Assembly (NCBI GenBank): GCA_013239625.1
Contig: MU053376.1
Location: 582,833 to 646,832, forward strand
Length of the DNA: 64,000 bases
DNA from: Lama guanicoe
Lineage: Eukaryota
Reading direction: 5' to 3'
The notes below the pieces were generated by a model. That model was not told the origin of the DNA. It did no database searches and worked only from the letters and a program-made list of their open reading frames with translations. The position numbers were made by a program, and so were the translations under genes. This document shows positions 1-12,404 of this stretch, piece by piece (position 1 is the first letter of the stretch; each line of letters begins with the position of its first letter).

Positions 1-125
1 CATCATCCCCCAGGAGGCAGACGTGAGGGGCCACTGTCCCACATGGGCCTCAACCACCCCGTTCTTCACTCTGGGTTTTCCAGGCAGCCCTGCTCCTGGG
101 ACTCAGCCTGATTAGTCACTCTGTC
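1..125 (-). other. Candidate internal exon (5'UTR, possibly reaching the start codon) of an unidentified minus-strand gene; runs off the window edge
   Basis: The minus strand reads CCCACTTTTCTCATTCTCATGGTCCCTCACTCCGTGCCAG|GACAGAG..., a polypyrimidine tract plus CAG acceptor (AG at 127-126). The sequence is non-repetitive. All three frames stop soon after the acceptor, so it is UTR-like. It ends in GGGGGATGATG (ATGs at 6-4 and 3-1), and a CpG island lies 16 kb upstream on this strand. Confidence 0.5.
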
Positions 126-439
126 CTGGCACGGAGTGAGGGACCATGAGAATGAGAAAAGTGGGAGGCCTAGCGCAGGCTCAGCAAAGCCCACTTGGAT
201 TGGCCTTAACCACACAAAGGGTGAATCTACTGCAAACTGCCCATCACATTCTGGACCCACTTCCTCGTTCCCACCCCATGAGGGTTTCTTTGTTTTTTGG
301 TACCAGTCCTCCTTCCACTACTGTGGGTAATCCTGAACCTGCAGCAGCCTCTTTCCTACAGGCATGTACCTGCAGCCATGCAGACAGCACAGCAATGGGG
401 CCACAGGCTCCAGGCTCGAGTCTAAGTCTTCGTCGATCA

Positions 440-640
440 GCCCCTTGACTCTGAGCAAGTTGCTAACCCTTTCTGGGCAGTAGATTCCCCCTGTGGTGAA
501 ACAAGTGATCATAACACACACCCCAGCTTCCTCGCAGGGGTGGCTCAAAGGATGTAAAAAAAATCAGAACATCATAATGTATGTGAAAGAGCTTTGTAGG
601 TTGTAAACAACTGTTCAGATGTGAAAGATTATTGTTATTG
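440..640 (+). mobile_element. MIR-family SINE remnant
   Basis: TGACTCTGAGCAAGTTGCTAACCCTTTCTG ... ATAATGTATGTGAAAGAGCTTTG matches the MIR core and tail. Confidence 0.65.
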
Positions 641-904
641 TTCCTGAAAGAACTATTGGTGAAGAGCAGTCTACATCTCTGGTTGGGAAATCAGAGTAAA
701 TCTCCTTTGAATCTAGGCAAAGTCTTTAGCTGAGGAAAGACAGTGGTGGGAAAGGAAAGGGGAGAGGAGCAGGGGCCCTGTTTCTTTCTATGGCAGAACA
801 CGAGCAAGGCAGTGGCCATCTGGTCTACCGAGGCCACACTCTCGGTAGCTTTCCCCTCCAGCTTTTTTCATGAGATCCTTTCTGTATTTAAAGACCTTTC
901 ACTA

Positions 905-2450
905 ATTAATTCACTCCCCAAATATTTTTTGAATGCCTGCTCTGTGCCAGGTACCACTGTTACAATGATGAACTAAACAGACAGGGTCTCTGCCCTCATG
1001 GGTCATAGTCTAGGGGCAGAGCCAGACATTTATCCAATAAGCACACAATTATATAATAAGAGACCAGGATGTGTGTTATGAAGGAAGCATCTAGGATGTT
1101 AGAAGTGTTTAATGGAGGCCTGATCAAATTCTGGAGGTACCCTGGGGAAGCTTTTTTAAGGAAGGGCTATTTGAGCTGAGATCTGAAAGATAACGAGAAC
1201 TTAGGGAGAAGTATGGAGTGGGAGGAGTGACTGAGGGCCAGGGAACAGCATGTGCATAAAGATGATGAGGCAAAAAGAAGCTTAGCAGTCAAAGAATGGA
1301 AAGAAGCCAATGTGAGCGTGCAGAGCACGAGAGGGCGGAGGAGGGGGCGCTGGGGATCACCGACGAGTTCTGAGAGTATGGGAGGCTGTGACCAGATCCA
1401 ACCTGTGCTCTTAAAAAATCATTCTAGCAGCTATTTGGATTCTGAGCAGGCAAGTGTGGATGCAGGCATGCCCGTGGGAAGGTGGTTCCGGTGGCCTAGG
1501 TGAGAGGTGAGGGCAGCCTGAAGTAAAGTGGAGACTGTGAAGATGGGGAGGAGTGGACGGATGTGGGTGCCGTTTCAGAGATTAGACAGCACCTGGTGAT
1601 AGACTGAATATAAGGGAATAAGGGGAAGAGCTGACAATGACTCCCAGATTGAGACTCTGGGTACTGCTTTGAGGCGGCACCATTTAAAAACCAGGCAACA
1701 CTGGAGGGGTGGAGTGGCAGTGGGATTTAGGAGAATCGTGACTCTGCCTTTGGATACACCAAATCTGAGGCTTCTTTTTTTAATTTTCTACTTAAAAATT
1801 CTTCTTGGAGGGGCAAGGCAGTTAGGTTTATTAATTTATTATTATTGTTGTTGTTCTTGTTTAATGGAGGTGCTGGGGATTGAACCCAAGACCTTGTACA
1901 TGCTAAGCACACACTCTACCACTGAGCTATACCCCCCCCCCAAGTTTGAGGTTTCTTAAGAAATGCAACTCAGTCAATTAGGCAGGTGGACATAAGGCTA
2001 TGGAACTCCGCTGAAAGGATGCCGGCTAGAGGTGTGCTTCTGGGTGTCACCTGCATGTGGCTGACAGCAGAAGGCTTCTGTGAGATGGGGTAGGGCCAGG
2101 TATGCAGTCAGGAGAATGTACCTTAGACCAGACATAAGGAACAACATTTCAAGGGAGAGAAGGGAAGGATGAGTCAGCAAAGACTTTGGAATAACCAGAA
2201 AAGCCAGGAATACGGGGTCAGAGAAGCCAAGGGAAAAGAAAAGTGTCAGAAAGGAATGAAAAATGCTTCTGAGAACTAAAAAAAAACGTTCCCTGCCTTT
2301 AGTGATATGGAAAGCTGTTTCAGTGGAGTGATGGGGGAGGCGGCCAGACTGAAGCGGGGCAGAGGAAGGAGTGGGAGGTGCAGAAATGAAGAGAGAGAGA
2401 ATAGAGCCAACTCTTCCAAGAAACTTGGCTTATAAGGAGGGAAGAGACCA
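905..2450 (-). mobile_element. L2 LINE remnant, interrupted by a SINE at 1777-1940
   Basis: Starts with the reverse L2 3' end (ATTCACTCCCCAAATATTTTTTGAATGCCTGCTCTGTGCCAGG). Typical L2 segments follow (TTGAGCTGAGATCTGAA, AATGACTCCCAGATT, GAGAAGCCAAGGGAAAAGAAAAGTGT). Confidence 0.75.
1777..1940 (-). mobile_element. Camelid tRNA-Ala-derived SINE (Vic-1 type)
   Basis: The reverse strand reads GGGGGTATAGCTCAGTGGTAGAGTGTGTGCTTAGCATGTACAAGGTCTTGGGTTCAATCCCCAGCACCTCCA plus an A-rich tail. Diverged TSD: CAAATCTGAGGCTTCTT (1760-1776) and CAAGTTTGAGGTTTCTT (1941-1957). Confidence 0.9.
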
Positions 2451-3584
2451 GGTCGTGGCAGGAAGTGGAGCTGGGCTTGAGGAAGGTTTTTGTTTTTGTT
2501 GTCGTTTTTGAAGATGGGAGGACCTTGAGCGCGGCGGGAAGGCTGCTCCCGAGGAGACCAGAGGACAGGGTGTGGGACACCGTGGGGGAAGGGGCTGCCC
2601 TGGCAGTGTTGCCACCTCTCTCCAGACAGGGGGCAGGGAGGAGAGGGCTGCTGCGGAGGCTCTGAGGGTCTGGTGGGACGAGCTGAGGTGCGCTCCCGGT
2701 TCTCCTGTGAAGTAGGGGGCGAGGTCCTTGGCTGAGAGCGAGGATGGAGGTAGAGTTCTGGGGAGGGGAGTGTGGAACAGTCACCGTGGAGAGTCAGGAC
2801 ACAGCTAACCAGAGGAATGTGGTAGAAACACCAGGCACTTCTGAAGAATAAGCTGGGCTGGTGATGGTGAATTTGGGGAGGTGATACCAATCTGCCTCAT
2901 TTTGTGTCTTTTTCGAGCAGATCTGTGATCTGGCTGCAGGCAGAAAGCAGTAGACAGAGTGATTAATGCAGAACTGGGACTTTGCCAGACTGGGGCAATA
3001 AAAAGACAGAGGGTCGGGAGGGTTTAGGATGTTGGCAGGAGAGTTCTCAAAGTGATAGAATGTGGGATCTATCCGGACTCAGAGAAGGGAAGGCCGAGGA
3101 GGGTAACAGGTGGCAAGAAAGTAGATGAACCAACGGACCAAAGGTCCCAATGGGGCTGAAGAGTGGCTGTGTGGGGGTCTGAGACAACAAGCTGGGGACC
3201 AGGAGGTGGCGGGACCAGCAGGCAGGGCGCTCCATTGAGTGATTTTCAGGTGATGTCAAGATCGAGGTGTGCCCTTGGGAGTGAGCGGCTGAGGTGGGGA
3301 AGCCATGGGTCTGGGGTAGAATCCAGTCACTGGTCTCACCCATGATAATGGACGGACTTGGAAAGACGAGGATGTCTACGGGAAGATGCTGAAGGCTTCA
3401 CGGAACAAGAGGGTGGCTGGTGATGACACAGGGGAGGCGAAGATGCAGCCTGATTTTATGAGATTTGGGGAGTAATGATCTCTTAGAGAAATTATGCTCC
3501 CTTGCACCTGAAGTACGTTCTCCAGAGTGAAAGGTCAGGAAAGAAAGTGGAAGGATCTTGAGGAGAGGTAACAGATACAGCACA

Positions 3585-3720
3585 GGGTCAGAAGTTAGGA
3601 GATTTTATATCTAGTCCTGATGACACTTACATGCTGTGTGACCTTGGGCAAGTCCTTGCCCTTCCCTGGGCCTCAGATTTCACATCAATGAAAACGGTTG
3701 GGGGAACTGGCTAAGCTAGA
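3585..3720 (+). mobile_element. MIR SINE remnant
   Basis: GCTGTGTGACCTTGGGCAAGTCCTTGCCCTTCCCTGGGCCTCAGATTTCACATC matches the MIR core. Confidence 0.75.
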
Positions 3721-4489
3721 GCTCCCTCACCAATGTCAGGGAGCCAAAGATAGGTTAGGGGTGTGCTGAGACACTGATCCCCTTAGCCCTCGGGTCAGTC
3801 CGAGTCTGAGCCATTGCGGTCATGTCTGTGTGCTGTACTGAGAATGAGAGGGTGGGGAGGTGTGGGCCAGACACTCTCCAGGGCTCCAGCCGTCTCTGAC
3901 ATTCTCTTTGCGCATCTCTGGTGCTCCATCTTGGACGAGGCTGCAGGGAGGCTGACAGAAGAAGAGACAGACTCCTGCTGCAGGCAGAAGTCCATCTGCT
4001 GGCAGAGATGGGAGCCAAGCTCCCAGCTCCCCCTTGCGCTCCTTGCCTCCCTCCCAGCACCAGCTGAGTGAGCTGTGATCCACTCAGATGCCCAGGTGAG
4101 GGCAGGTGCACCTGCTCCTCTCCCGTCTGCTGGCTGGGTGGTGGCCGGTGGCCCCCTCAAGCCTCAGCAGCAGCTTATGGAAGTGGAGGAGCAAGCTCCC
4201 ACTGGCTCCTTCATCTGTTTTCCAGTTCTAAAAGCAGACTCACCATTTCTGAGGAGCCAGGCAGAATGTCTCACTGCACATGACCCGGACAGAGCCTTCA
4301 TAATGCAGACTTTTCTCTTGAGGCCAGCCACTTCTCAGAAATCCATGGAAGATCCCTATGTGGGTGACCTTGGGCCACCTTCTCTCTGCTCCTAGCCCTC
4401 CTTGGCCTCCCCCTCCATCTGCTGGCGAATGCTCTGTGCTTGGAGAATGCACAGGCAACCTAACTGCACCTGAATCGTGAAATATTAGG

Positions 4490-4560
4490 AAAGACCCAGC
4501 ACCTGGCCCAGTACTTTATACACAGTAGATGCTCAGTAAATATTTACTGAGTAAATGAAG
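4490..4560 (+). mobile_element. L2 3' terminus
   Basis: CACAGTAGATGCTCAGTAAATATTTACTGAGTAAATGAA resembles the L2 tail. Confidence 0.65.
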
Positions 4561-4671
4561 ACTACTCTCAAATATTTTAAAAAGAAAACCATACCAAGCC
4601 CACCAGAGTTTTTTAAATTATTGATCACTTTGCTCCTATCTATTTGAGTAGGTAGAAGATAAGTTTTTTAA

Positions 4672-4890
4672 TTCTTTAATATTTATTGGTGCCTACTATG
4701 TGCCAAGTATTGACGTCTGAGCTGGTTTCATTTTCACAACCCTGGGAAATGGGTGTGTTAACCCCATTTTACAGATAAGCAAACTGAGGCTTGAAACAAA
4801 GGGAGGTTAAGACATGTCCAAAGTTATAGAGCTGGTAGACAGTGAGTGGCCCCAGGATTCTAACCCAGAGGTATCCAACTTTAAAGATGG
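4672..4890 (-). mobile_element. L2 tail followed by MIR remnant
   Basis: ATATTTATTGGTGCCTACTATGTGCCAAG, then CCCCATTTTACAGATAAGCAAACTGAGGCT. Confidence 0.7.
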
Positions 4891-5559
4891 AGCTCTTTTC
4901 AACATACCAGACTGCTTCTTCCAATCACAGATACAGAGGCTGGAAAGGAGACAGGAGCAAAGGGGAGGCAGGGAAGTGTGCGGAAAGACTGCAGGCACAG
5001 TCAGCGGCTCCCCGCTGCCTTACCCTGGGGAAGCAGTTTTGAGGTTGGGTAAGCTTTGCAGAAGGGAAGTGGAGAGGGTCAGGCCCTCGCTCATCTCTCC
5101 CCCTTTGATTGCTTGGCTGGTTCACCCACTGCCTACACAATCTGGCATTTCATTCAGCGCTGCCTGGCTGGGTTCTCTGAGTGTGTGAGAGGCCAAGAAG
5201 CTGCAAGGGCCTGTCCTGTGGATACGCCACCCCTGCTCCCTCCCCACGAGGGAGAGAGACTACCGGGCCCAGGGAGCAGGCAGGAGAGTGTCAGAAAACA
5301 CGAGTGGTGACCTGCATGGATGAACATGGCTGTAAGCCCCTCACTCCTGCTGGTCGCTGCTTGACAGGTGAGCAGCTGTGCTCTACATCTGTCTGTCCAT
5401 CTGTCACCATCTCAGGGGCCTGGAGAGAGCTGATGCTCCTGAGAGAGGGGAGACCCTGGACCTGAAGCAGCTCCCTTACTCCGGATATTAATCAGCAGGG
5501 AACAGGAAGGGAGGGGTGGGAAGAAAGGTGTGCCTCCATCACCATCCCAAACCTGAATC

Positions 5560-5720
5560 CCCTCCCCACTGCCAAGTCCCCCTCGCAGCCGCCCCTCCCC
5601 TCACAAGCCCCCTAGCTCTACTTGCCAAGCTCCGCAAATTACCACACATGCCAATAAGTCATTAGAAACCAGAAGGCAAGTGTGGGGTTGCCATGGAGAC
5701 CGACACCCGGAGCTGGCAGC
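5560..5720. promoter_or_regulatory. Candidate intronic enhancer or alternative promoter with RFX X-box
   Basis: GTTGCCATGGAGAC at 5687-5700, CCAAT at 5651-5655, a GC-box-like CCGCCCCTCCCC near 5590, and local CpGs in non-repeat DNA. Confidence 0.45.
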
Positions 5721-6466
5721 CCTGGGGGCCGGCCCGTGGCTCAGGTGTGCTGTGGGGGGAGCTGGGAAGGCCAAACCACCTGGCAGAGGGGAGATAAGGC
5801 CCTAGCAGGGTGCTGATTTCAGGTGGGGCACCAGGCTCTGTCGCCTCCACCCCCCTCTCCTCAAGGCCCTGTGTGCTGCCAGAGGGCAGGTGCAGCCTGG
5901 GCCAGTGGGCCAAGCTGTGTCTCCACCCAGAGGAGGCGGCCAAGATAAAGCCACCCAGGGACCAGCCCTGAGCCAAGGAAGGCTGACAGCCCTGAGCAAC
6001 CTGAGCTGCTGGCCTGTGTCTGGAGGAAGAAGCCCCTCAGTGAGGGGCTGAGGGCAGGACCAGCACTCAACCACACTCTCCCATCTTCCAGAACTCGTAA
6101 CTCAGTCGTGCTTCTGCCCAGTCCTTAGCATAGCGCCGAGGGTTTTGTGGGCAAAAGCACACATATCCATTTGTTGCAAACAGATGAATGGATGAGAGAA
6201 TGCAGGCAAGCACCCGAGATTTCTGACAGCAGCAGGCCCTGGACAGAGTCCATCAGCTCAGTGTGACCTCCGACAAAGCCCCTGCTTCTCTGGGCCCTGG
6301 TGTCACCATCAGGAAAATAACCAGATTGTGTTTTTGACACAGTGTATGTCAAACTGGGCTCTTCAGAGCCTCCAAGGTGTGAAGCAGTTCCTCTGGGGTC
6401 AAGGGTCAGGAGGAGGCCAAGTCCACGGAGTTCTGGTCCACCGGCTTGGCTCCAACCACAGCAGCC

Positions 6467-6949
6467 TGTGTTAATTTCCTGTTGCTGATGTTAACACAGC
6501 ACTGCAAATTCAGGGACTTAAAGCAACACAAATGTATTATTTACACTTTGAAAGGTCAGAAGTCCAAAATGGGTCTCACTGGGCTAAAGCCAAGGTGTCA
6601 GCACGTCTGTGTTCCTCTGTGGAGGCTCCGGGGGGGAGTCTGTTTCCCTGCCTTCTCCAGCTTCTAGAGATGCTGCACTCCTTGGCTCATGGCCCCTTCC
6701 GCGCTCAACACCAGCAATAGCCAGTCAAGTCTTTTTTACATGTCCTCACTCTGACACTGACTTCTGCCTCTCTCTTCCACGTTTAAAGGACTTATGATTA
6801 CATGCCCCCCACCCTGATAATCTAGGATAATCTCTTTAGTTTCAGCTGACTCGCAACCTTAATTCCCTTTGCCCTGTAACATAGCATATTTACATGTTCT
6901 AGGGGTTAGGAGGTGCGCATCCTTGGAGGTCATTGTTCTGCCTCCCACA
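6467..6949 (-). mobile_element. MaLR solo LTR (MLT1C/D-like)
   Basis: TG...CA ends. Diagnostic segments: CTTAAAGCAACACAAATGTATTAT, GGTCAGAAGTCCAAAATGGGTCTCACTGGGCTAAA, CCAGCTTCTAGAG, TTCTGCCTCCCACA. Confidence 0.85.
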
Positions 6950-8064
6950 CGTAGAACTTAACCTTGAAAAATGGATCCAGAGATGTTTGAAAGCCACATG
7001 ACCAGAGGACTCTCAGCTGCCACCAGTTTTAAATGCTATGACCTGGTCTCCTCCTCTTCTCCCTGGGGAATCCTCATAAGGAAACTGAGAGGAACTCAGG
7101 GGCTGGCCCATTAAATGTGAATGCTGGCAGCCCTGGGCTGTCCGGGTGGGGCGTGCCGAAACGGGGCTCTGTGCCCACCAGGAAAGAGGTCTCCAGAGAG
7201 GAAAGCATGAGGGACATTTCAGGGAATCCACCATCTCAACTGTTTCCCCTCCGCTCCGTCTATATCCACGTACTCGGTGACCCTGCAGTCGGCTGTCCTT
7301 GTTCTTACTTCCAGGCGGGTCAGATGGAGCCGTGTGTGCACGCGTGCCCAGTGATCGCTCCCCTCAGACTGGGGGGCCCCTGAGGCCATGACCTTGTTTC
7401 CCTTTGCTCCCTGTTACCCATCCTCATCCCCTGGCACTGCGCCTGGTGCAGAAGGTGTCCTGATTTGATAGTCATAAAGTTGAGATGGCGTCCCTTCTTC
7501 CTACACTGTGACCTTCAACACTGTCCCCTTCCTAAATCCATCCAGACGTGTCCCCAGATGGTTTGCAATAAACTCTAGAAACAGCGCCCAAGTTCAGGAA
7601 GCACAGGCCTCAGCATGCTCCTCTAGCATCTTTCCAGGCCCACAGGGATCAACACTTGCCCCTGGGGGCGATGGTGGCCTCTCACTCCCCTCCCATACGG
7701 CACAACTTCTGTTCTTGCCTCTGCAAGATACTCTCTGCCTGCGACCTGGTGGGGCTGAATAACAAAACTCTTATGAGAGAGGTGCCCTGGGTATTAATCA
7801 CAGCCCTGGTGTTTTATGATTTTATGCAGATTACTCACCCTCGCTCAGCCTTTCCCCACCTCGGTATAAAGCAATAGCTCGTTCCCATTTCTACTTCTAG
7901 AATGCCCCAGGGGATCCCGGGACAGAAATGTGATGCAGTAAGGGAGAGTTATGTTTTTTGGAGGCACAGCCCTGGGGAGGCAGGAGAAAAGGAACCAGCA
8001 TTTATCGAGGTCCTACTCTATAGCAGGCACTTTCCACGGATTAGCTCGTTGAACGCTGTGGTTG

Positions 8065-8270
8065 AGAACCAGGGCTCTGGAGTCCCAAAGCTTTGGGGCT
8101 GAATTCTGGCTCCGCCACTCACCGGCTGTGTGTGGCCTCGGGCAAGTGACTTAATGTTTCCCAGCTTTAGTTTCCTCGACTGAAAAATGGGGGGAAATGA
8201 CAGCTACTTCACAGTTGTTCTGTGGATGAAGTGAGATAAATGCAGGCAAGCTTTGAGCACTTCATAAGCA
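8065..8270 (+). mobile_element. MIR SINE
   Basis: GGCTCTGGAGTC...TGAATTCTGGCTCCGCCACTCACCGGCTGTGTG...GGGCAAGTGACTTAA. Confidence 0.8.
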
Positions 8271-8289
8271 TTTCAACAACTGAGCCCTT

Positions 8290-8385
8290 ATCCTTAGCAA
8301 CCCTATGGAGGGGGCACTATTAACTTAGCTTTAGAAATGAGGAAACTGAGGCTCAGAGAAGTTAAGAAAAATGCCCAAGAGCATA
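8290..8385 (-). mobile_element. MIR SINE fragment
   Basis: ATGAGGAAACTGAGGCTCAGAGAAGTTAAG...TGCCCAAG. Confidence 0.75.
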
Positions 8386-9719
8386 TGGTTAGGGGAGGGG
8401 CTCTAACCGGCCCTGATTCCAGTTCCTCTGGATTCCAGCAAGGTCCTGGCTCAGGCCTGCATCAGTAAGGGGCAACGGGGAGCCCTGGGGGAGGGCTGCT
8501 GAGGGCCCAGGGGAGGCAGAGGAGGCTGCTGAGCAGAATGCTCTGCCCATGGGACTCATGGCTCCTGCCCTTTGGCTGGAGAGAGGGAGGGAGGAGCAGC
8601 GTCTGCCTGTGTCTTGGGTGGTGAGGGCACCGCCAGTGGATCCCACTCCACTCCGGGGTGCTCTCTCCCCGCACATCAGAAGGAAGCCCGACCCTAAGCC
8701 TCTCTCCAGGGTAAAGACAGATTCACCCCTCATGGGGGATGCAGGGTCCTCTGGGCTTGATTTCATCTCCTTTTCGCTATTTGTGACACTAACTGGAATG
8801 TCCTAGGAGTAACCCTAGCAGACAGGAGCCCAGGCAGTGAGAGGGAGGGAGGAGAGAAGCCGGCTGCCGATGAGGCGGAGAGACAGAGCTCAAGGGAATC
8901 CCAGAGAGCTGGGCCCCAGACCCTGGGGGCTGCTGGCGGACTGATGGATGGCACCGGGTTATGAGAGAGCAGACCCATGAAAATGACCAGAGAGCTGGAA
9001 ACAAGACTTTCTCACAGTAAGAGGGCTTCAAGCGACAGGTAAGCTGGCTCTGCAAAGGAGAGGCCGAGAGCACCGGCTAATGATGCTCCAGAGGGCTGCC
9101 CCCTGTCCCCTGTGAGAATAAAGGGGACATGAGAAACCCAGATGGGGGGGAAGGGGCTGCCCCAGAGAGGAAGCCGAGGCCCTCGGCAGCTCACACACCG
9201 GCTGCCTTACACCCACTCACCTGCCCTTTTCCTGGTTGGCCCCCTCCCACCCCACAAGCTCCAAGTTCCCCTCCCAAGAATCCTCCCCTCTGCAGATCCA
9301 AGCCCCCACCCTGTCTTCTAGGCCCAGATCAGCAGTACCTCCTCAGGGACGTGTTCCCTATATACTCCCACACAGAGCTCACAGTTCTGATAACATTTAG
9401 AGTCTAAATCACACAGTTTAGCGCTTGGTTTTAAATACTGTCTGATATTATTCCCTCCTTATTTCTTGTGAGTCTAAGTTCTCCCTTTCCAACTGACTGG
9501 TAGTTTTCCTTACCAGTAAAGGCTGTGTCTTCTGCTTTTTTATTCTCCCCCACCCCACCCGCCACTGCCCAGAAGGCAGTGCCCATCATGAAAGGACTTG
9601 GTGGGTCAGTACTGATTGACTAAATTAGCTTCAACGCCTGGAGAACTTCCTGATGAGGAAGCCACCTAGTGAAATGTGGAGATGGATGGCCATGAACCTT
9701 CAGCCTCAGGGTTTTAAAA

Positions 9720-10400
9720 GGTCAGATCTTATCACCCCTGCCCTAAATCCTGCCAAGGCTCCACCTCACTCAGAAAACAGCCAACTCCTCACCCCAGCTC
9801 CAGGGCTCCCTGAGGTCTGGCCTCCTCCATGCCCCTCCAGCCTACCAGGTGCAGCCCCACCCCCGAGCCCTCACACCTGCAGTGCCAGGCACATCCTTAC
9901 CACCCCGTCTCCATGTCATCTTCACTCTTACGTCGCCTCTTCAGCGAGGTCTCCCTGTGCAAAGCTACAAACGCTCCTCTTCCTAACAATACTCTCCTAT
10001 CCCCCTTCTTGGCTTTATCTTTTTAGCACCTGCCACCTTCTAACATATAGTTGACCCGTGAGCAATGCGGGGGTTCAGAGCACTGATCTCTCTCTGCACA
10101 ATCGAAAGTGTGCATATAATTTATAGTCGGTCCTCTATATTTGCAGTTCCTCCGTATCCAGAGATTCAACCATCTGCGGATGGCGTGGTGTAGTGCTACA
10201 GTATTTACTAATGAAAAACGTCCGCGTGTAAGTGGAGCTGTGCATTTCAAACCTGTGTTGTTCCAGGGCCAACTGTACTGTTGGTTTACTGTTTCCTCAG
10301 ACAATAAGTTTAAAGTATAAACTCCATGAGGGCCGCATCACTGGTTGCTCACTGCTGTTTACACCCCCAGTGCCTGGCACACATACTCATAAATACTTGC
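9720..10400 (+). mobile_element. L2 remnant, interrupted by MER8
   Basis: GTCAGATCTTATCACCCCTGCCCTAAA..., then TAAACTCCATGAGGGC...CAGTGCCTGGCACACATACTCATAAATACTTGCTGA. Confidence 0.7.
10048..10275. mobile_element. Tigger-derived MITE (MER8-like, TcMar)
   Basis: Terminal inverted repeats (TIRs) TAGTTGACCC / GGGCCAACTG, flanked by TA dinucleotides at 10046-47 and 10276-77; about 230 bp long. Confidence 0.8.
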
Positions 10401-11489
10401 TGACTAGGGAGACCCAGTCCCACCCTGGGTCTGAGATGGCTGAGGCCCGGCTGAGGATGGGCTGTGGACAGGGAACCCGGTAGGTGCCCCCCTAGGTGTG
10501 GGATTCTACCACTCCGCCCCTGGACCAACTCTGGGGAAGCACTTTCTGAGGTTGAAAGGCCTGGAGCTGTGTGTGTGAACCCCAGTGGCCTTCATCCCAC
10601 TGGGAGGTCTGTCCAGAAGCAGAAGGTGAGGGGGTGGGGGTGACCGCCAGGTAAGGTAAAGTGTCAAGTCCGTCCCCTCCACACACACCGCTTTTAAGTT
10701 CCTAGTGTGCCCACCAGCGGCCCCTCTGTGGTGGCACCGTCCCCTGGGCATCACCACCCACGCCCTCCCAAGCCAAAGACAGACACTTCCGTCACCCACC
10801 TCAGATGCTCGTTTTGAGAACACTTTATAAAGGGACACAGCCTTCCCTGTCTTTCTTCTCTCTTCATCCCTTTCTTCCCCCTTGAAAGGATGCGGTAAGG
10901 CAGACCCACTTTTCCTGGGGGACACATGCTGGCTGCCTGACAATCGCTGTCCCTTCTTCCACGTGTTTGCTCCTGAAGGATCTGCCTTGTGAGATGTACC
11001 TGTTCTTCCCAACACACACGAGACTCCCTTGCTAGAGACACCCCGGTGACAGTGCTAACCCCAAGCCACCCCACCTCCCTCCGCCTTGTCTGGGGTCTGT
11101 ACCCCAACCTCACATCTCCCAAAAGTCACCTTTGCATTAGTTCCCACTACTGTGGCCCTGGGGACTGACTCTCAGTGTCCAGCTTCTCTGAGGCCACTGG
11201 CTCCATGTGGCCCCCAGTGCAGCTGGCTGAGACAGAAGGAGACAACACTGGCACTCCAGGAGACAATGGGAGGAGGCAGAGGGCAGACCCTCTCTGAAGG
11301 TCCCCAAACGGGGACAGGCAGTGCCTGGCTTGGACAGGACTCGGGGAGCTTCTCACGGGGGTGGGGGGGAGAATGAGCTGGATGCCCCCAGAGCAACCTC
11401 CAGGCCCGAGGGCTTCTGGATTCTGGGGGGCACTCAGGAGCAGCCCTGGGGTCAGAGAGAAGGTTAAGTCCTCCCTTGGTCTTTTTCTA

Positions 11490-11670
11490 GCTACATGTCC
11501 TTGAGCAAGTTACTGAACCTCTCTGAGTCTCGTTTTCCTTATGTTTAAATCAGAGATAACAAGAGGACCCACCCAAAGGGGTATTTTTTAAGGACTTAAT
11601 GGGATCATGCAGGTGAAGCGCATGGCACAGTGCCTGGCACGCAGTAAGTGCTCAGTAAACGCCAGCTACC
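11490..11670 (+). mobile_element. MIR SINE
   Basis: CCTTGAGCAAGTTACTGAACCTCTCTGAGTCTCGTTTTCC...CACAGTGCCTGGCACGCAGTAAGTGCTCAGTAAA. Confidence 0.8.
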
Positions 11671-12404
11671 AGAATTAGTGCCACTGCAGTGTGTGAGGGG
11701 GAGGCCGAGGAACTGTCAATGCCCCAGGAACCCTCTGCCTGCTTTTCATCTTGATGGAACTCAGTTCAAGTCCATCAAATGCTGAGCAGCGGGGGAGGTG
11801 TGGGTGGAAGAAAGGTACAGAGAGGAACCGAATTCTAAATCAAGCCTGGTTCATCTCACCATCTAAAAGGCAGGTCCCTCAGGCCAAGGTGTCTCCGGGG
11901 CCCCCAGAAGTGCAAGAAGCCAGAGGACAAGGGCCAGGGCGGCTCTGGCTTTGGAGCAGAGACTGCTTGATGACGGCTTGGGAGGCCATGGTCATGAGAC
12001 CAATCCCAGCAGGGAGGCCCCAGGTCCCCTGCCCAAAGGCCAACTGTTTTAGGCTGGAGAGTGTGAGGATGTTCTGGGCAACCTGTCAGTCCTGCTGGAG
12101 GCTCAGCTCCGAGCACTGGAAACAAAGAGGCTGAAGCGGGTTTTGGCCGAAGTGTTGCTGGTACCCACAGAAGGAGGCGCGCGCACAACATGGCCCCTCT
12201 CCATGCACGAACGACTCCTGGGCCTCAGGGTTTCCAGGCCACCACCTCTGCCTGGCTGGCTTCTTTTCAAGCCTTGCCCCAGTATCATGTCCCTGGAGGA
12301 CCATTTCCTAAGCTGCAGATGGAGATAGTCACCTATTTATCTGCTTATCCCTGTATTACAGCATTTGTTTCATTATTGTAAGACTGACTCTCTCACTTAA
12401 TAGT

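Noticed and set aside
2276..2890. 204-aa Pro/Ser-rich ORF
   Set aside because: Overlaps L2-derived purine-biased sequence; a compositional artefact.
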